This document shows, in pieces, positions 1-9,334 of a DNA stretch of 64,000 bases. Source of the stretch: an uncultured delta proteobacterium (GTDB taxonomy: Bacteria; Desulfobacterota; Desulfobaccia; Desulfobaccales; 0-14-0-80-60-11); contig CAWETI010000003.1 of NCBI GenBank assembly GCA_963812015.1, positions 928,001-992,000 of the forward strand, read 5' to 3'. Position 1 is the stretch's first letter, and every line of letters starts with the position of its first letter. A program made the position numbers and the translations under genes. The notes below the pieces were generated by a model. That model did not search any database. It had not been told where the DNA came from and saw only the letters and a program-made list of their open reading frames with translations.

Positions 1-166
1 GCCTGGCGGGATGGGACCGGCTGGCGCGGCGCGCCGGGGCCTTGCCGCCAGAAGGGGTAGGACTGCGGGTTGCCCCGGGAAACCGGTGACTAGGGAGGTT
101 AAGGCGGGGCCGGCCGGGAATCGGACCGGCTCCGGTTTAGTTTGACGGCTTTCCGGGGCGCGGTTC

Positions 167-195
167 TTGACAAGTCTCTCCTCATTGGTTAATAA
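167..195 (+). promoter_or_regulatory. sigma70-type promoter of the tRNA pair
   Basis: TTGACA (167-172), 17 nt spacer, TAATAA, ending about 10 nt before tRNA-Lys. Confidence 0.7.
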
Positions 196-205
196 TAATC
201 CGTTC

Positions 206-278
206 GGGCCGTTAACTCAGTCGGTAGAGTATCTGCCTTTTAAGCAGAGAGTCGTTGGTTCGAATCCAACACGGCCCA
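206..278 (+). tRNA. tRNA-Lys (anticodon TTT), CCA not encoded
   Basis: Acceptor stem GGGCCGT/ACGGCCC, D-arm ACTCAGTCGGTAGAGT, anticodon arm TCTGC-CTTTTAA-GCAGA, T-loop GTTCGAATC. Confidence 0.96.
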
Positions 279-286
279 TAAAAAAC

Positions 287-364
287 GTCCCCATCGTCTA
301 GCCTGGTCCAGGACACCGGCCTTTCACGCCGGCGACCGGGGTTCAAATCCCCGTGGGGACGCCA
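287..364 (+). tRNA. tRNA-Glu (anticodon TTC), CCA encoded
   Basis: Acceptor stem GTCCCCA/TGGGGAC, anticodon arm CCGGC-CTTTCAC-GCCGG, T-loop GTTCAAATC, ends in GCCA. Confidence 0.96.
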
Positions 365-374
365 AATGAAATCA

Positions 375-408
375 AAGGGTTAGCCAAAATGGGCTAACCC
401 TTCTTTTT
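375..408 (+). terminator. Rho-independent terminator after the tRNAs
   Basis: Perfect stem AAGGGTTAGCC-n6-GGCTAACCCTT followed by CTTTTT. Confidence 0.8.
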
Positions 409-494
409 CATTTTCCCCGCTATTTTCCACCTTCCACCGGAATATGGGCTTTTCCCCTGGTTAGAGTACGGATGGTCGAATCCCCGCGGTTTCT

Positions 495-542
495 TGTCGA
501 CTTATGCCCCAGAACCCCAAGCCATTGTTGCAATATCCAACA
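495..542. promoter_or_regulatory. Pair of putative sigma54 enhancer-binding-protein sites (UAS)
   Basis: TGTCGACTTATGCCCCA (495-511) and palindromic TGTTGCAATATCCAACA (526-542), 31 bp apart, 160-210 bp upstream of a -24/-12 promoter. Confidence 0.5.
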
Positions 543-703
543 ATAAATTACTTATAAAAATTAGTAAGTTAACCATTTCGCCGATTATTTGTGGTATTAT
601 TAGACATAAGTTCAGCTCCATGGCGGGGTAAGATGTGCCGCCCTGAGGACATGGATGGGTTTTATATAAGTTATTTCAAATATATATGGCTCAGGCCCGG
701 AGC

Positions 704-719
704 TGGCACATCCCTTGCT
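704..719 (+). promoter_or_regulatory. sigma54 (-24/-12) promoter upstream of the histidine kinase
   Basis: TGGCACATCCCTTGCT matches TGGCAC-N5-TTGCW with exact GG-N10-GC spacing. Confidence 0.8.
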
Positions 720-1062
720 TTACGGCTAGATGGGCATAAAAGGCTTAGTGGGCCGCTTTTGGGTCATCCCTCTCCGCCTCGGATGTGGCATGCGGCCGCA
801 ACCTGGGAGGCGTTGGGGGCAAGCCTGTTGCCGCATCCAGGTCAGGAAAATCTTGCCAAGGTGTTCCGGCGGTGGGACAGTTATGCAGGGCTTCCTGGAT
901 ATTGTCCGGATCAGCGCTGATTGATGACGATGGTGTAACCCTCTCTTGCGTAGATTTCGTTTATTTCGTTGAACCTCAAGACCTCCGGGCAAATCTCCAG
1001 ACAAGAGCCCCGGGCCATGCCTTCGGAGGAAAAGCCGTTCAACTCCTTTCCGGGAGTTCTTT

Positions 1063-3357
1063 ATGAGTCCTGGCAAACAGCTCTATCATTTAGGTATTGT
1101 GGGGGCAGGCCGGCAAGGCATGGCCATCCTGGAGGCCTTGGTTCCTCCTCGGCGAGATGATCAAGCCTTGCAGGTGGTGGGGGTGGCGGATCTGAACCCG
1201 GAAGCTCCCGGTATTATCTATGCCTACCGGCATAATCTCTTTGTGACGGTCAATTTTGATGATTTACTGCAACTGCCTGCATTAGACATCGTCGTCAACG
1301 CCACCGGCCGCCCGGAAGTTTCTCACCAATTGCAAGAGCATCGACCTGAGGGGTTAATAGTCCTCAGTGTCGATCGCCCCTATTCTTGGGAGGACTTCTG
1401 GGACCTCATTTCTATGGATCTCTCTCCGATCCAAGAAGTTGGCCCCTTGAAAATCGGCATTGTGGGGGGAGGCAAAGGAGGTCATGAGGTTCTCCAGCTC
1501 ATAGCCGGAGATCAGCGTTACCGGCGAAAATTTGAAATCCTCGGGGTAGCTGATCCTAATCCCCAGGCCCAGGGCATGATCCTGGCAAAAAGTTTGGGTA
1601 TTCCGACCTTTCACAAATGCACGCTCCTCCTGAAGGAAAAACCGGACCTGATCTTGGAACTCACCGGGGACCCGGAAGTGCGGGAAAGAATCATCCAGCA
1701 AAAGGACCCCCATACCCAGATTATCGACCACACCAAGGCCCGGCTCTTTTGGGATCTCTTATACCGAGAGGAGGACCGGCTGCGCAGCAAGGTGGAGAGC
1801 GAAATCAGATTAGCCGGCCAGCGCAATCGTTTCCAAAGCATTTTCGATCACTTGCCTGATCCGGTGCTCGTGATCAAACCTAACTACCTGGTGGAGGAGG
1901 CCAACCGCACCTTTCTCAACCGCTTTCAGAAAAGTGGGGCAGAAGTCATTGGGAGACCCTGTTTTGAGGTATTTCATCAGTTTGATAGGCCTTGCGATAG
2001 CAAAGGCCTGGCCTGTCCCTTGCCGAGCGTCCTGGAGAAATCTGAGGCGCTCCAAGTTTTACAGCGCTACGTAGATACCGATGGCACGATGCGCTATGAC
2101 GAAATTACTATGTCGCCTCTGTGTCCGCCGGAAGGGACCCGAAAGCGGGTAATCGAAGTCATCAAGGATATCACCCCCCGCAAGCAGCTCGAAGAGGCGC
2201 TGCAGGGTTCGGAAGAAAAAACCCGGCAGCTGCTCCGACAGACGAATAAGAGCAAAGCCTTTTTGGAGACGATCGTCAATGGCATTGAAGATCACATGAT
2301 GGTGATCGATCTTGATTACCGCATTATCGAGGTCAATCGGGCCTTGTTGGAAATGGTGGGGTTGAATCGGAAAGACGTGGTGGGCAAGCACTGTTATGAG
2401 GTATCGCACCATCTGGAGAAGCCGTGCGCCAGTCCCGATCACCCGTGTCCCTTGAAAGACGCGGTGGCCACGGGCAAGGCGGCCTCCGCCACCCATGTGC
2501 ACTTCGACAAGGACAGCCGGGAGCATTACATTCACGTGGTCTGTCACCCGTTGTTTGACGAGCAAGGATGGGTCCACCGAGTGATTGACTTGTCCCGGGA
2601 CATCACCGAGGAAATCACTGATCGCACCCGGGTGCTGCACGATGACAAAATGACGTCTTTGGGAAAATTGTCCGCCAGCGTGGTGCACGAGATCAACAAC
2701 CCGCTGACCGGCATCCTCAACTTCACCAAATTGGCGCAACGCATACTGGGCAAGGAGGCCACCGGCGACGAAGAATTGGGTAAGATACGTAATTATCTCG
2801 ATATGATCTACAACGAGACCTCCCGAGTCAGTCGCACGGTGTCCAACCTGCTGGCCTTTTCCCACAAGACCAGGCCGGAATCCAAGCCGGTGGATCTCAA
2901 TGCAGTGCTGGCGGAGACCGTATCACTGACCGAGTACCAGATGCGGCTGCAGGGGATCACGGTGGAACGCCAATTGGCTTCGGATCTGCTCCCGGTCATG
3001 GCGGATGAGGGAGCTCTGAAACAGGTTTTTTTGAATCTCGTGTTGAATGCCACAGACGCCATGCCGAAGGGTGGGACTCTGACCTTGACGACCAAGAATT
3101 CCCGGGGCCGAGAAGTGGTGGTACAGGTTTCCGACACGGGGGTGGGCATCCCCAAGGATTGTTTTTCCCAGATATTCGAACCCTTCTATACCACCAAGAA
3201 GGCCGGCTCCGGGGTGGGGCTGGGGCTCTCCGTGGTGTACGGGATCGTCCGGGACCACAAGGGCAACATCAAAGTGGACAGCGTCGTGGGGCAGGGGACC
3301 ACATTCACTATCCGTCTGCCGGCCTTTAAACCGTTAGAGGAGCCTGCCGCCACTTGA
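1063..3357 (+). CDS. Soluble NtrB-type sensor histidine kinase with two N-terminal Rossmann-like domains and two PAS domains
   Basis: GIVGAGRQG and GIVGGGKGG repeats, each followed by VAD(L/P)NP; two PAS domains with CxEV/CP motifs; H-box VVHEINNPL, N-box NLVLNA, G1 DTGVGI, F FEPFYTTK, G2 GVGLGL; no TM segment seen. Confidence 0.9.
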   Translation: MSPGKQLYHLGIVGAGRQGMAILEALVPPRRDDQALQVVGVADLNPEAPGIIYAYRHNLFVTVNFDDLLQLPALDIVVNATGRPEVSHQLQEHRPEGLIVLSVDRPYSWEDFWDLISMDLSPIQEVGPLKIGIVGGGKGGHEVLQLIAGDQRYRRKFEILGVADPNPQAQGMILAKSLGIPTFHKCTLLLKEKPDLILELTGDPEVRERIIQQKDPHTQIIDHTKARLFWDLLYREEDRLRSKVESEIRLAGQRNRFQSIFDHLPDPVLVIKPNYLVEEANRTFLNRFQKSGAEVIGRPCFEVFHQFDRPCDSKGLACPLPSVLEKSEALQVLQRYVDTDGTMRYDEITMSPLCPPEGTRKRVIEVIKDITPRKQLEEALQGSEEKTRQLLRQTNKSKAFLETIVNGIEDHMMVIDLDYRIIEVNRALLEMVGLNRKDVVGKHCYEVSHHLEKPCASPDHPCPLKDAVATGKAASATHVHFDKDSREHYIHVVCHPLFDEQGWVHRVIDLSRDITEEITDRTRVLHDDKMTSLGKLSASVVHEINNPLTGILNFTKLAQRILGKEATGDEELGKIRNYLDMIYNETSRVSRTVSNLLAFSHKTRPESKPVDLNAVLAETVSLTEYQMRLQGITVERQLASDLLPVMADEGALKQVFLNLVLNATDAMPKGGTLTLTTKNSRGREVVVQVSDTGVGIPKDCFSQIFEPFYTTKKAGSGVGLGLSVVYGIVRDHKGNIKVDSVVGQGTTFTIRLPAFKPLEEPAAT

Positions 3358-3455
3358 GAAGATTAAGATCCTGGGGGTGGATGACGAGCTCAGCAGCCGC
3401 GCATCTTTAAGCGGCTGGCGGTCTCATGGGTATTCCCGCTAGCCGGGAAAAATTG

Positions 3456-3503
3456 GGCCGGAAGGTTTTGGCGTTTTGCGACCATCGCCAAATCCTTCCG
3501 GCC
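3456..3503. terminator. Hairpin between convergent genes (possible bidirectional terminator)
   Basis: GGCCGGAAGG-TTTTGGCG ... CGCCAAAT-CCTTCCGGCC inverted repeat. Confidence 0.5.
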
Positions 3504-3536
3504 GATTACTGAGTGGTTTAGGGGAGAGTGGCCGGC

Positions 3537-6449
3537 TCAGGCGGACCGGAGAAACTCCTTAACCAAGAGCTCCCATCCCAATTTGGGGTAGTGACCGTAG
3601 ACGTCATCGATGATCGTGCCGCCGGATTGGAGGGTGGCGCCCACCGAGGGTTCCAGCATCGCGACCAGCCTGTTGGATTCATCTTCGATCCAGGCAAGGT
3701 TGTCCTCGCCCAAGGCCAGGTTTTCCAGGTCCGGCTGCAGATTGGTGGAGGCGATGACCATCAGCCAGCCGTCGCCGTAAGGGTCGTCATGGGCCAGCCC
3801 CGCTCTTTTCAGGACCTTGGGATTCACCGCTTCGACGATGCCATCCAGAGGCGCCAGGACCGCCGCCTGGTTGCCCCGGCGGGTTAGCGTCAGGGCCACC
3901 TCTTCACGGCGAATTTCCTGCCCGATTTCAGGCAGCCTGATTGCATCGGCGCGGCCCAGGAGCTTCTGGGAAAAGTCATCCAGGCCGATGCGCACCCGAC
4001 CGCCCTGCTCCAAGGACACCCAGGTATGACCCCGGTGGAGGTAGCTGGAAGTCGGCACCTTAAAGCCGAAGACTTCCTGAAGCTGACCGACTAACTTACC
4101 GAAATTAACGGCGCACCCCTGGTATTCCGGCAGCTTGGTGATGGGGTCCAGAACCGCACTGATGAGCCGGTTAACCGGGTCGTCCAGGAAGTGCATGGGA
4201 ATGAAGGCCGTGCCCGGCCTGACCCGATCGGTCAACAGGGCTTTGGCCGCGAGGGTTCCCCGGCGGCTGCTGGTCCTGATTAGTTCTCCAGGTTGAATTC
4301 CCCGTTGCCGGGCATCGTGGGGATTGATTTCGATGAAGACATCCAGGTTTTCATGGTAGAGGGAGGGGTAGCGGTGGGTCATGGTGCCGGTGGTCAGCCA
4401 GAAAGGATATTCCGCATCCGGTTCAGCAGCCGGGCGGCTGAGGTTGGCGACCAACTGATCAACCGCGTTTAAAAAGTCCCCGGGGGCATTGGCGGCCAAG
4501 GACTGAAAGAGGAGGCGGTTGGGATCAATGCCGGCTTCGGCCAGAAGCTCCTGCACCTGCTCCACCCGCCACTGGGCGCACAGGTTGCCGTGGGAAGATT
4601 TGCAGTTGTCTTGGGGGCATGAAAGGACCAGCACGCCATCGGCGCCGGAGTTAAAGGCCTGGAGCAAATAATCCACGTCAACCTTGCCGGCACAGGGCAT
4701 TTTTACGGGGGTGAAGCCCAGGGGCAGGGCGGCATAATTGAGCTTCAAGGCGGTTTGATAGGCCTCCCAGGCGGAGTTGCGGCACATGAAGGCCACGATC
4801 CGGGGGCTTAATTCGGGGTTCAAGGCCCCAAAGAGAGCAGTCATTTGCTCGTCGGTGCAATTCCGGATCTGAATGGCCTCATTGGGACACTGGCTGGCGC
4901 AAATGCCGCAGCCCTGGCAGGCCAGCTCATTAATAAAGGCCCGATTGTCCCAGGTTATGGCGCCGTGAGGACAGAGGCGGTGGCAGGTCAGGCAGAGCAC
5001 GCACCGGCCACGGTCCACCACGGCCCGCCCCTGGGGCGCGACAGCCTGGCCCTGGCCCAAGAGGCCCTGAATCTCATTGACTGCAACACTTATATCAGTG
5101 CCGGTCTCTTCCCGGCCCATGATCCCCCGGCCTGGCCCGACGACATAAATGCCCCGTCGGGTGGTGGACACCGGGATATGGTGGACATTGTCAGACTGGA
5201 GGAAACCCCTGGAGCCTAAGGGCAGGCGGAGCAATTCGGCCAGCTCGGCGTTTTCGGCGGCGGCCTGGTATTGTTCCTCATAAACTGCCAGGTCAACTGC
5301 CAGGCTCAGTTCCTCGCGCATCGTCGGCTCGAAGAAGGTTACCCGCAGACCTTCGCCCTTGACGCTGACGGTGGGGCATTCTCTCAGTTTGAAGAGCAGC
5401 ATGCCGGCCTCCTGGTTGGCCCGCATGGCCCGCTCCAGGCCCGGGCCCGCCAGCTTGGCGTTACCCACCAACAGGTAAACCCGGCTGCCGACCTCCAGCA
5501 GACGGGACGCCGCCCTCAAGGCCCGACCTAGGGCCAGGGGATTGCTCTCCCCGTCCAGGCCCACCAGGATAGCCGCGGTTTCTGGAATTTTCTGTCCGGA
5601 ACCGCCGGCCAGAAGCTCTTCAACCCAGGTTTGGGATACCACTCCCGGATATTTTGAGGCGTCGTCACTGGGGAGGGCGTCTCGCAGATGCAACTCAGGG
5701 GCCAGAAGCACCGCGCCCACCGGCTCGGTCAAAGGTCCTTGGGGCGTATCCAGCCGCAGGGTGAAATTGCCGGTGGCGCCGTCAAAACCACTCAGCTTGG
5801 CGGCAAAAACCGTGCTAATGAGGCGATGTCCCTGGACCTGCCGGACAAGCCGGGCGGCAGAGTCGGACTCAGCCGCGTCCCCGGCATCCACCAAGGCGAG
5901 GGGCTTGAGCTCAGGGTTGGGGCTTGCCAAAATAACCGGGTAGCCCAACTGCGCCAATTGCCAGGCGGCTTCCAGACCGGCCGAGGAATCCCCCCAGACC
6001 AGAACTTGACGGCTGACGGGGATAGCTTGAGGGACAATGGGCCAGGCCCGGGTGACTTGCGAGGCCGCCAGGCGAATCATTTCCAGGCCTTTGGCGGTCC
6101 GGGAGGGTTGGTCCGGGTGTTCCAGGGCGGCGGTCAGGTCCACGAGCTTAAGGCGTTCCGGATTCAGCCCCAGCTCGCCCGTTAACAGGCGGGCCATCCC
6201 GGCCCCCCGATACTCCGGGTCTTTGGCCACCAGGACCACCGGATTGATCTCCTGGTCCTGGCTGAGGAAGGTGCGCACCCGCTCCTCTTGCTGGGCAGTC
6301 GGCAGGGCCGGATCCGCCAGCAACACCCGGCAGTTCGGCAGGTCCGCCACCGCCCGGGAAAAGTCCTGGGGATCAAGTCCCGCCAGGCCCAACTCCGGGC
6401 CATGCATCACCAAAACATTCAGCGGTTTCGCAGGAAGGGATAGATTCAC
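3537..6449 (-). CDS. Multidomain fusion (about 970 aa): degenerate HdrA/QmoB-like flavoprotein + 2x[4Fe-4S] + MvhD + molybdopterin-dinucleotide-binding domain + GcvH-like domain
   Basis: GTG start overlaps the upstream stop (GTGA at 6449-6446); CVLCLTCHRLCP and CQGCGICASQCP; MvhD motifs FMCRNS, PCAGKVD, GADGVLVLSCPQDNC; EYPFWLTTG..IEINPHDA..SRRG..PEYQGCAV; HRGHTWV..VRIGLDDF..APLDG..DPYGDGW. Confidence 0.85.
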   Translation of the reverse strand: MNLSLPAKPLNVLVMHGPELGLAGLDPQDFSRAVADLPNCRVLLADPALPTAQQEERVRTFLSQDQEINPVVLVAKDPEYRGAGMARLLTGELGLNPERLKLVDLTAALEHPDQPSRTAKGLEMIRLAASQVTRAWPIVPQAIPVSRQVLVWGDSSAGLEAAWQLAQLGYPVILASPNPELKPLALVDAGDAAESDSAARLVRQVQGHRLISTVFAAKLSGFDGATGNFTLRLDTPQGPLTEPVGAVLLAPELHLRDALPSDDASKYPGVVSQTWVEELLAGGSGQKIPETAAILVGLDGESNPLALGRALRAASRLLEVGSRVYLLVGNAKLAGPGLERAMRANQEAGMLLFKLRECPTVSVKGEGLRVTFFEPTMREELSLAVDLAVYEEQYQAAAENAELAELLRLPLGSRGFLQSDNVHHIPVSTTRRGIYVVGPGRGIMGREETGTDISVAVNEIQGLLGQGQAVAPQGRAVVDRGRCVLCLTCHRLCPHGAITWDNRAFINELACQGCGICASQCPNEAIQIRNCTDEQMTALFGALNPELSPRIVAFMCRNSAWEAYQTALKLNYAALPLGFTPVKMPCAGKVDVDYLLQAFNSGADGVLVLSCPQDNCKSSHGNLCAQWRVEQVQELLAEAGIDPNRLLFQSLAANAPGDFLNAVDQLVANLSRPAAEPDAEYPFWLTTGTMTHRYPSLYHENLDVFIEINPHDARQRGIQPGELIRTSSRRGTLAAKALLTDRVRPGTAFIPMHFLDDPVNRLISAVLDPITKLPEYQGCAVNFGKLVGQLQEVFGFKVPTSSYLHRGHTWVSLEQGGRVRIGLDDFSQKLLGRADAIRLPEIGQEIRREEVALTLTRRGNQAAVLAPLDGIVEAVNPKVLKRAGLAHDDPYGDGWLMVIASTNLQPDLENLALGEDNLAWIEDESNRLVAMLEPSVGATLQSGGTIIDDVYGHYPKLGWELLVKEFLRSA

Positions 6450-7693
6450 GTCCGTGCCTCCAGATATTGACGCACCCGCCTCACCGACTGGGTCGCCTGG
6501 GCGATGCATTCCAAGATGCTTTGGGGGCCGGTGGCGGTGCCGGCCAGAAAAATGCCCGGGGCCTCGGCCCGAGTGCCGTCCAGGCCGTCCCTAAAGAAGC
6601 CGTCCAGATTCAGCTCCAGGTGCAGCATTTCAGCCAGCTTGGCATTGTCCGGCCCCGGAGCAATACCCACCGCCAGGACCAAGAGATCAACCTCTTTGGC
6701 CAGGGCCCGGCCGCTGGACTCGTCCAAATACCGCAGCCTCAGACTCTCGTCTGCCGTGGCGGCCACGTCGCCGGGGAGGGCTCGGATCAACTCCAATTCC
6801 TGCCTGGCGGCTGCCTCGAAATTCTCGGGGTCCGAGCCGACATTTTGCAGGTCCATGTAGAAAGTGGTCACTTCGCACTCCGGCCAGCGATGGCGGATCA
6901 GCCGGGCCAGGCGCAACCCATAGGCGCAGCAGACCCGGGAGCAATAGGCATGCTCCTGATCCCGGCTACCCACGCACTGGATGAAGGCCAGACGCCGTAC
7001 CGGCCGGCCGTCGCCAGGTCTGACCAGAGGCCCGCCCTGACGCATCATCTCCTCCAATTCCCCGCCGGTGATGACGTGGGGTAAACGCGCATTGGCATAA
7101 ACCGCCCGGCAGGAAGGCTTCGCAGGTTCATAACCGGTGGCCAGGATGAGGGTCGAGGTCTCCAGTTCAACCACGGTCTCGGGCCGGTCCAGGTCGATGG
7201 CCCCGGTGACGCAGAGGTCCTGGCAGACATGGCAGGAGCCGTCTTGAAAATAGAGGCAGGCAGCCGGATTCACGGCGACGCGGGGATGGTTCTCGACTGA
7301 GGCCGCGTTCACCAATGCTCCCAGGGCGGGGCACTTTTCCAGACAGATGCCGCAATCAATGCAGCGCTGAGGGTCGATGATCTGGGGCTGGGACTTCAGG
7401 GTGAGGCGCAGCAGGCCGTTCTCAGACCGGCTTTTCACCAGTTCCGTGTGCCCATAAAGGGTGAGGCCCGGCGCCGCAAACAGGTCCCGCAGACCCTGTT
7501 CGACCCGGCAAGCGCCACATTTCTGGCAGACATCAGTGGCCTTGCAGCCAAAGCTGGCGGCCCGGCCGCCGAAGAAGGGGCTCTTTTCCACCAGGGCCAC
7601 CGGCAGCCCCGCCTGGCTTAACTCCAAGGCCGCAGTAATGCCGGCGATGCCGCCGCCCAGGACTACCACCGGATTTATTTTATCGCTTCTCAT
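6446..7693 (-). CDS. Short HdrA/QmoA-like FAD and [4Fe-4S] protein
   Basis: VVLGGGIAG FAD motif, CIDCGICLEKCP, AFIQCVGSRD..YCSRVCC HdrA cluster motif. Confidence 0.88.
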   Translation of the reverse strand: MRSDKINPVVVLGGGIAGITAALELSQAGLPVALVEKSPFFGGRAASFGCKATDVCQKCGACRVEQGLRDLFAAPGLTLYGHTELVKSRSENGLLRLTLKSQPQIIDPQRCIDCGICLEKCPALGALVNAASVENHPRVAVNPAACLYFQDGSCHVCQDLCVTGAIDLDRPETVVELETSTLILATGYEPAKPSCRAVYANARLPHVITGGELEEMMRQGGPLVRPGDGRPVRRLAFIQCVGSRDQEHAYCSRVCCAYGLRLARLIRHRWPECEVTTFYMDLQNVGSDPENFEAAARQELELIRALPGDVAATADESLRLRYLDESSGRALAKEVDLLVLAVGIAPGPDNAKLAEMLHLELNLDGFFRDGLDGTRAEAPGIFLAGTATGPQSILECIAQATQSVRRVRQYLEART

Positions 7694-7776
7694 AGGGGTT
7701 TCCGATTTTCAGTTTTCGGTTAAGCACTAGCCCAAATAAGGTAATTTTCAAGCCAATCAACGGCGCCAGGTCCGGC

Positions 7777-8670
7777 TCATACCCCCGCCGCATCCAGAAG
7801 CAGGGTCATGAGGTCGCTTCGGCCCTGGACTTTCACGTAGGCGCCGTCAGCGAGTTTCTCCTCCCTGATCTTCTTGAGCAAGCGCCCGGCCACGGCGGCG
7901 CCCTTCTGCACAACTGCTTCGGGGTCAGTCCCCGCCATTTCCTTGACCACCTCCGGCGGCAGGGAATATACCTTCCGGTGCTGGCCCAGTACAGCCTGGT
8001 CCACTTCCGAAGCCTTAGGCACCTTGATGCAGGCCAAAATCTTCACGTCCGGATCACCCAGGGATTGCCTGAATTGGCGAAACTTCCCCAGGGCGAAAAT
8101 GGGGGCGGTGATAAAAAATTGGGCTCCCGCGGCCTGCTTTTTCTTGAACTTGAGTAGTTGCGGGTTCATGGGGTCGGCCTCGGGGATGAGGACCGCGCCC
8201 AAGTAAAACTGTGGGTTCCCGTCCAGGGGCAGATCGGCGCTATCGTGTCCCGCCATCAGCCCCCGGGCGATTTGCAGGAGCTGCACCGAGTCGGCGTCAA
8301 AGACCGGTTTAGCGTCGGGATGATCCCCCAGGGTGACGTAATCTCCACTTACCGCCAGGATATTTTCCAGACCCAGGGCGCCGGCGCCCAGCAAATCACT
8401 CTCCAGGGCCAGGCGGTTACGATCGCGGCAAGTCAGGTGGAGCAAAGCTTCACCCCCGGCCTCCTTGACCAGCGTGGCCGCGGCCAAGGCCGAGAGTTTC
8501 ATCCGGGCATGCTCGTTGTCCGGAATCCCGAAGGCGGTTACTTTACCCGTGAACGCCTTTATTTGAGCCAGCATCCCCTCCAGGGCGATTCCCTTGGGAG
8601 GTTTAACTTCCATCACCAGGGGGAACTGGCCGGCTGCCAAAGCTTCCTTGAGCTTACTCATGGATGCCAT
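7777..8670 (-). CDS. metF: Methylenetetrahydrofolate reductase, MetV-associated type
   Basis: EVKPPKG, HLTCRDRNRLALESDLLGA, SGD..GDHP..KPVFDADSVQL; adjacent to metV; start could be 8661. Confidence 0.88.
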   Translation of the reverse strand: MASMSKLKEALAAGQFPLVMEVKPPKGIALEGMLAQIKAFTGKVTAFGIPDNEHARMKLSALAAATLVKEAGGEALLHLTCRDRNRLALESDLLGAGALGLENILAVSGDYVTLGDHPDAKPVFDADSVQLLQIARGLMAGHDSADLPLDGNPQFYLGAVLIPEADPMNPQLLKFKKKQAAGAQFFITAPIFALGKFRQFRQSLGDPDVKILACIKVPKASEVDQAVLGQHRKVYSLPPEVVKEMAGTDPEAVVQKGAAVAGRLLKKIREEKLADGAYVKVQGRSDLMTLLLDAAGV

Positions 8671-9334
8671 ATCTCCTCTTATAACCCGGGTGGATCACCG
8701 TGCCTGGGGTGGTGCTCCGGCTGTGAGGATGGAGCGGCAAAATCGGCTCGATCTGCCCCAGCCGCCCTTCCTGTTCCAACCTTTCATAAATCTCGCACCA
8801 GGCGCAGGCCCGGTCCGGATTGACCTCGCACTTGCCTTGGACGTTGCCGCCGCAGGGACCGTTGAGCAACCCTTTGGGGCACATGGTTACCGGGCAAATC
8901 CCCCCGGTCACCCCCAGGTAACAATGGTGGCAGGCCCGGCAGCGCTCGGTATAATAGCCCGCCGCCTCGTTAACCCCGATGAACGTCGTGTTGAGGGCCG
9001 GAAAGATCGGTTTCATCGGGTAGAGCGAGGCCAGAAACTGCACCCCGGCGCCGCAAGCCGTGGAGATGATGGCGTCATGGTCGGCGATGACGTCGCGCAA
9101 GGGCTGGATAAATTCCAGGTCGCACTGGCGTTCCACCGTGATTTCCCCGATCCCCAGGCTCTGGCCTTCTGCCCTCAAGGCGAGCTTCATTTGGGAGGCC
9201 AGCAGCCCCACCTCTTTTTCCCCACCGGCCAGGCAAACCGCCACACACGTGCCGCACCCGACAATGAGGATCTTTTCGAAGGGCGCCACCGCCGCCTTGA
9301 TTTCCGCAAAGGGTTTCCGTTCAGCGATAATCAT
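8654..9334 (-). CDS. metV: MetV, Fe-S subunit of methylene-THF reductase
   Basis: MIIAERKP, GCGTCVAVCLAGG, ERQCD, ACGAGVQ, CRACHHC..ICPVTMCPKGLLNGPCGG..CAW. Confidence 0.9.
   Translation of the reverse strand: MIIAERKPFAEIKAAVAPFEKILIVGCGTCVAVCLAGGEKEVGLLASQMKLALRAEGQSLGIGEITVERQCDLEFIQPLRDVIADHDAIISTACGAGVQFLASLYPMKPIFPALNTTFIGVNEAAGYYTERCRACHHCYLGVTGGICPVTMCPKGLLNGPCGGNVQGKCEVNPDRACAWCEIYERLEQEGRLGQIEPILPLHPHSRSTTPGTVIHPGYKRRYGIHE

Noticed and set aside
287..420. tRNA-Glu as the attachment site of a genomic island
   Set aside because: No integrase, I found no duplicate of the tRNA 3' end in the window, and downstream genes have host-like composition
591..1066. Short overlapping ORFs upstream of the histidine kinase
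   Set aside because: No recognisable motifs or RBS; they overlap the sigma54 promoter and leader
6450..6509. ORF-track start at 6509 for the fusion protein, and other extended starts (15196, 23156, 36357, 47957, 49482, 57900)
   Set aside because: They overlap upstream genes or promoters; downstream starts with an RBS or conserved N-termini fit better
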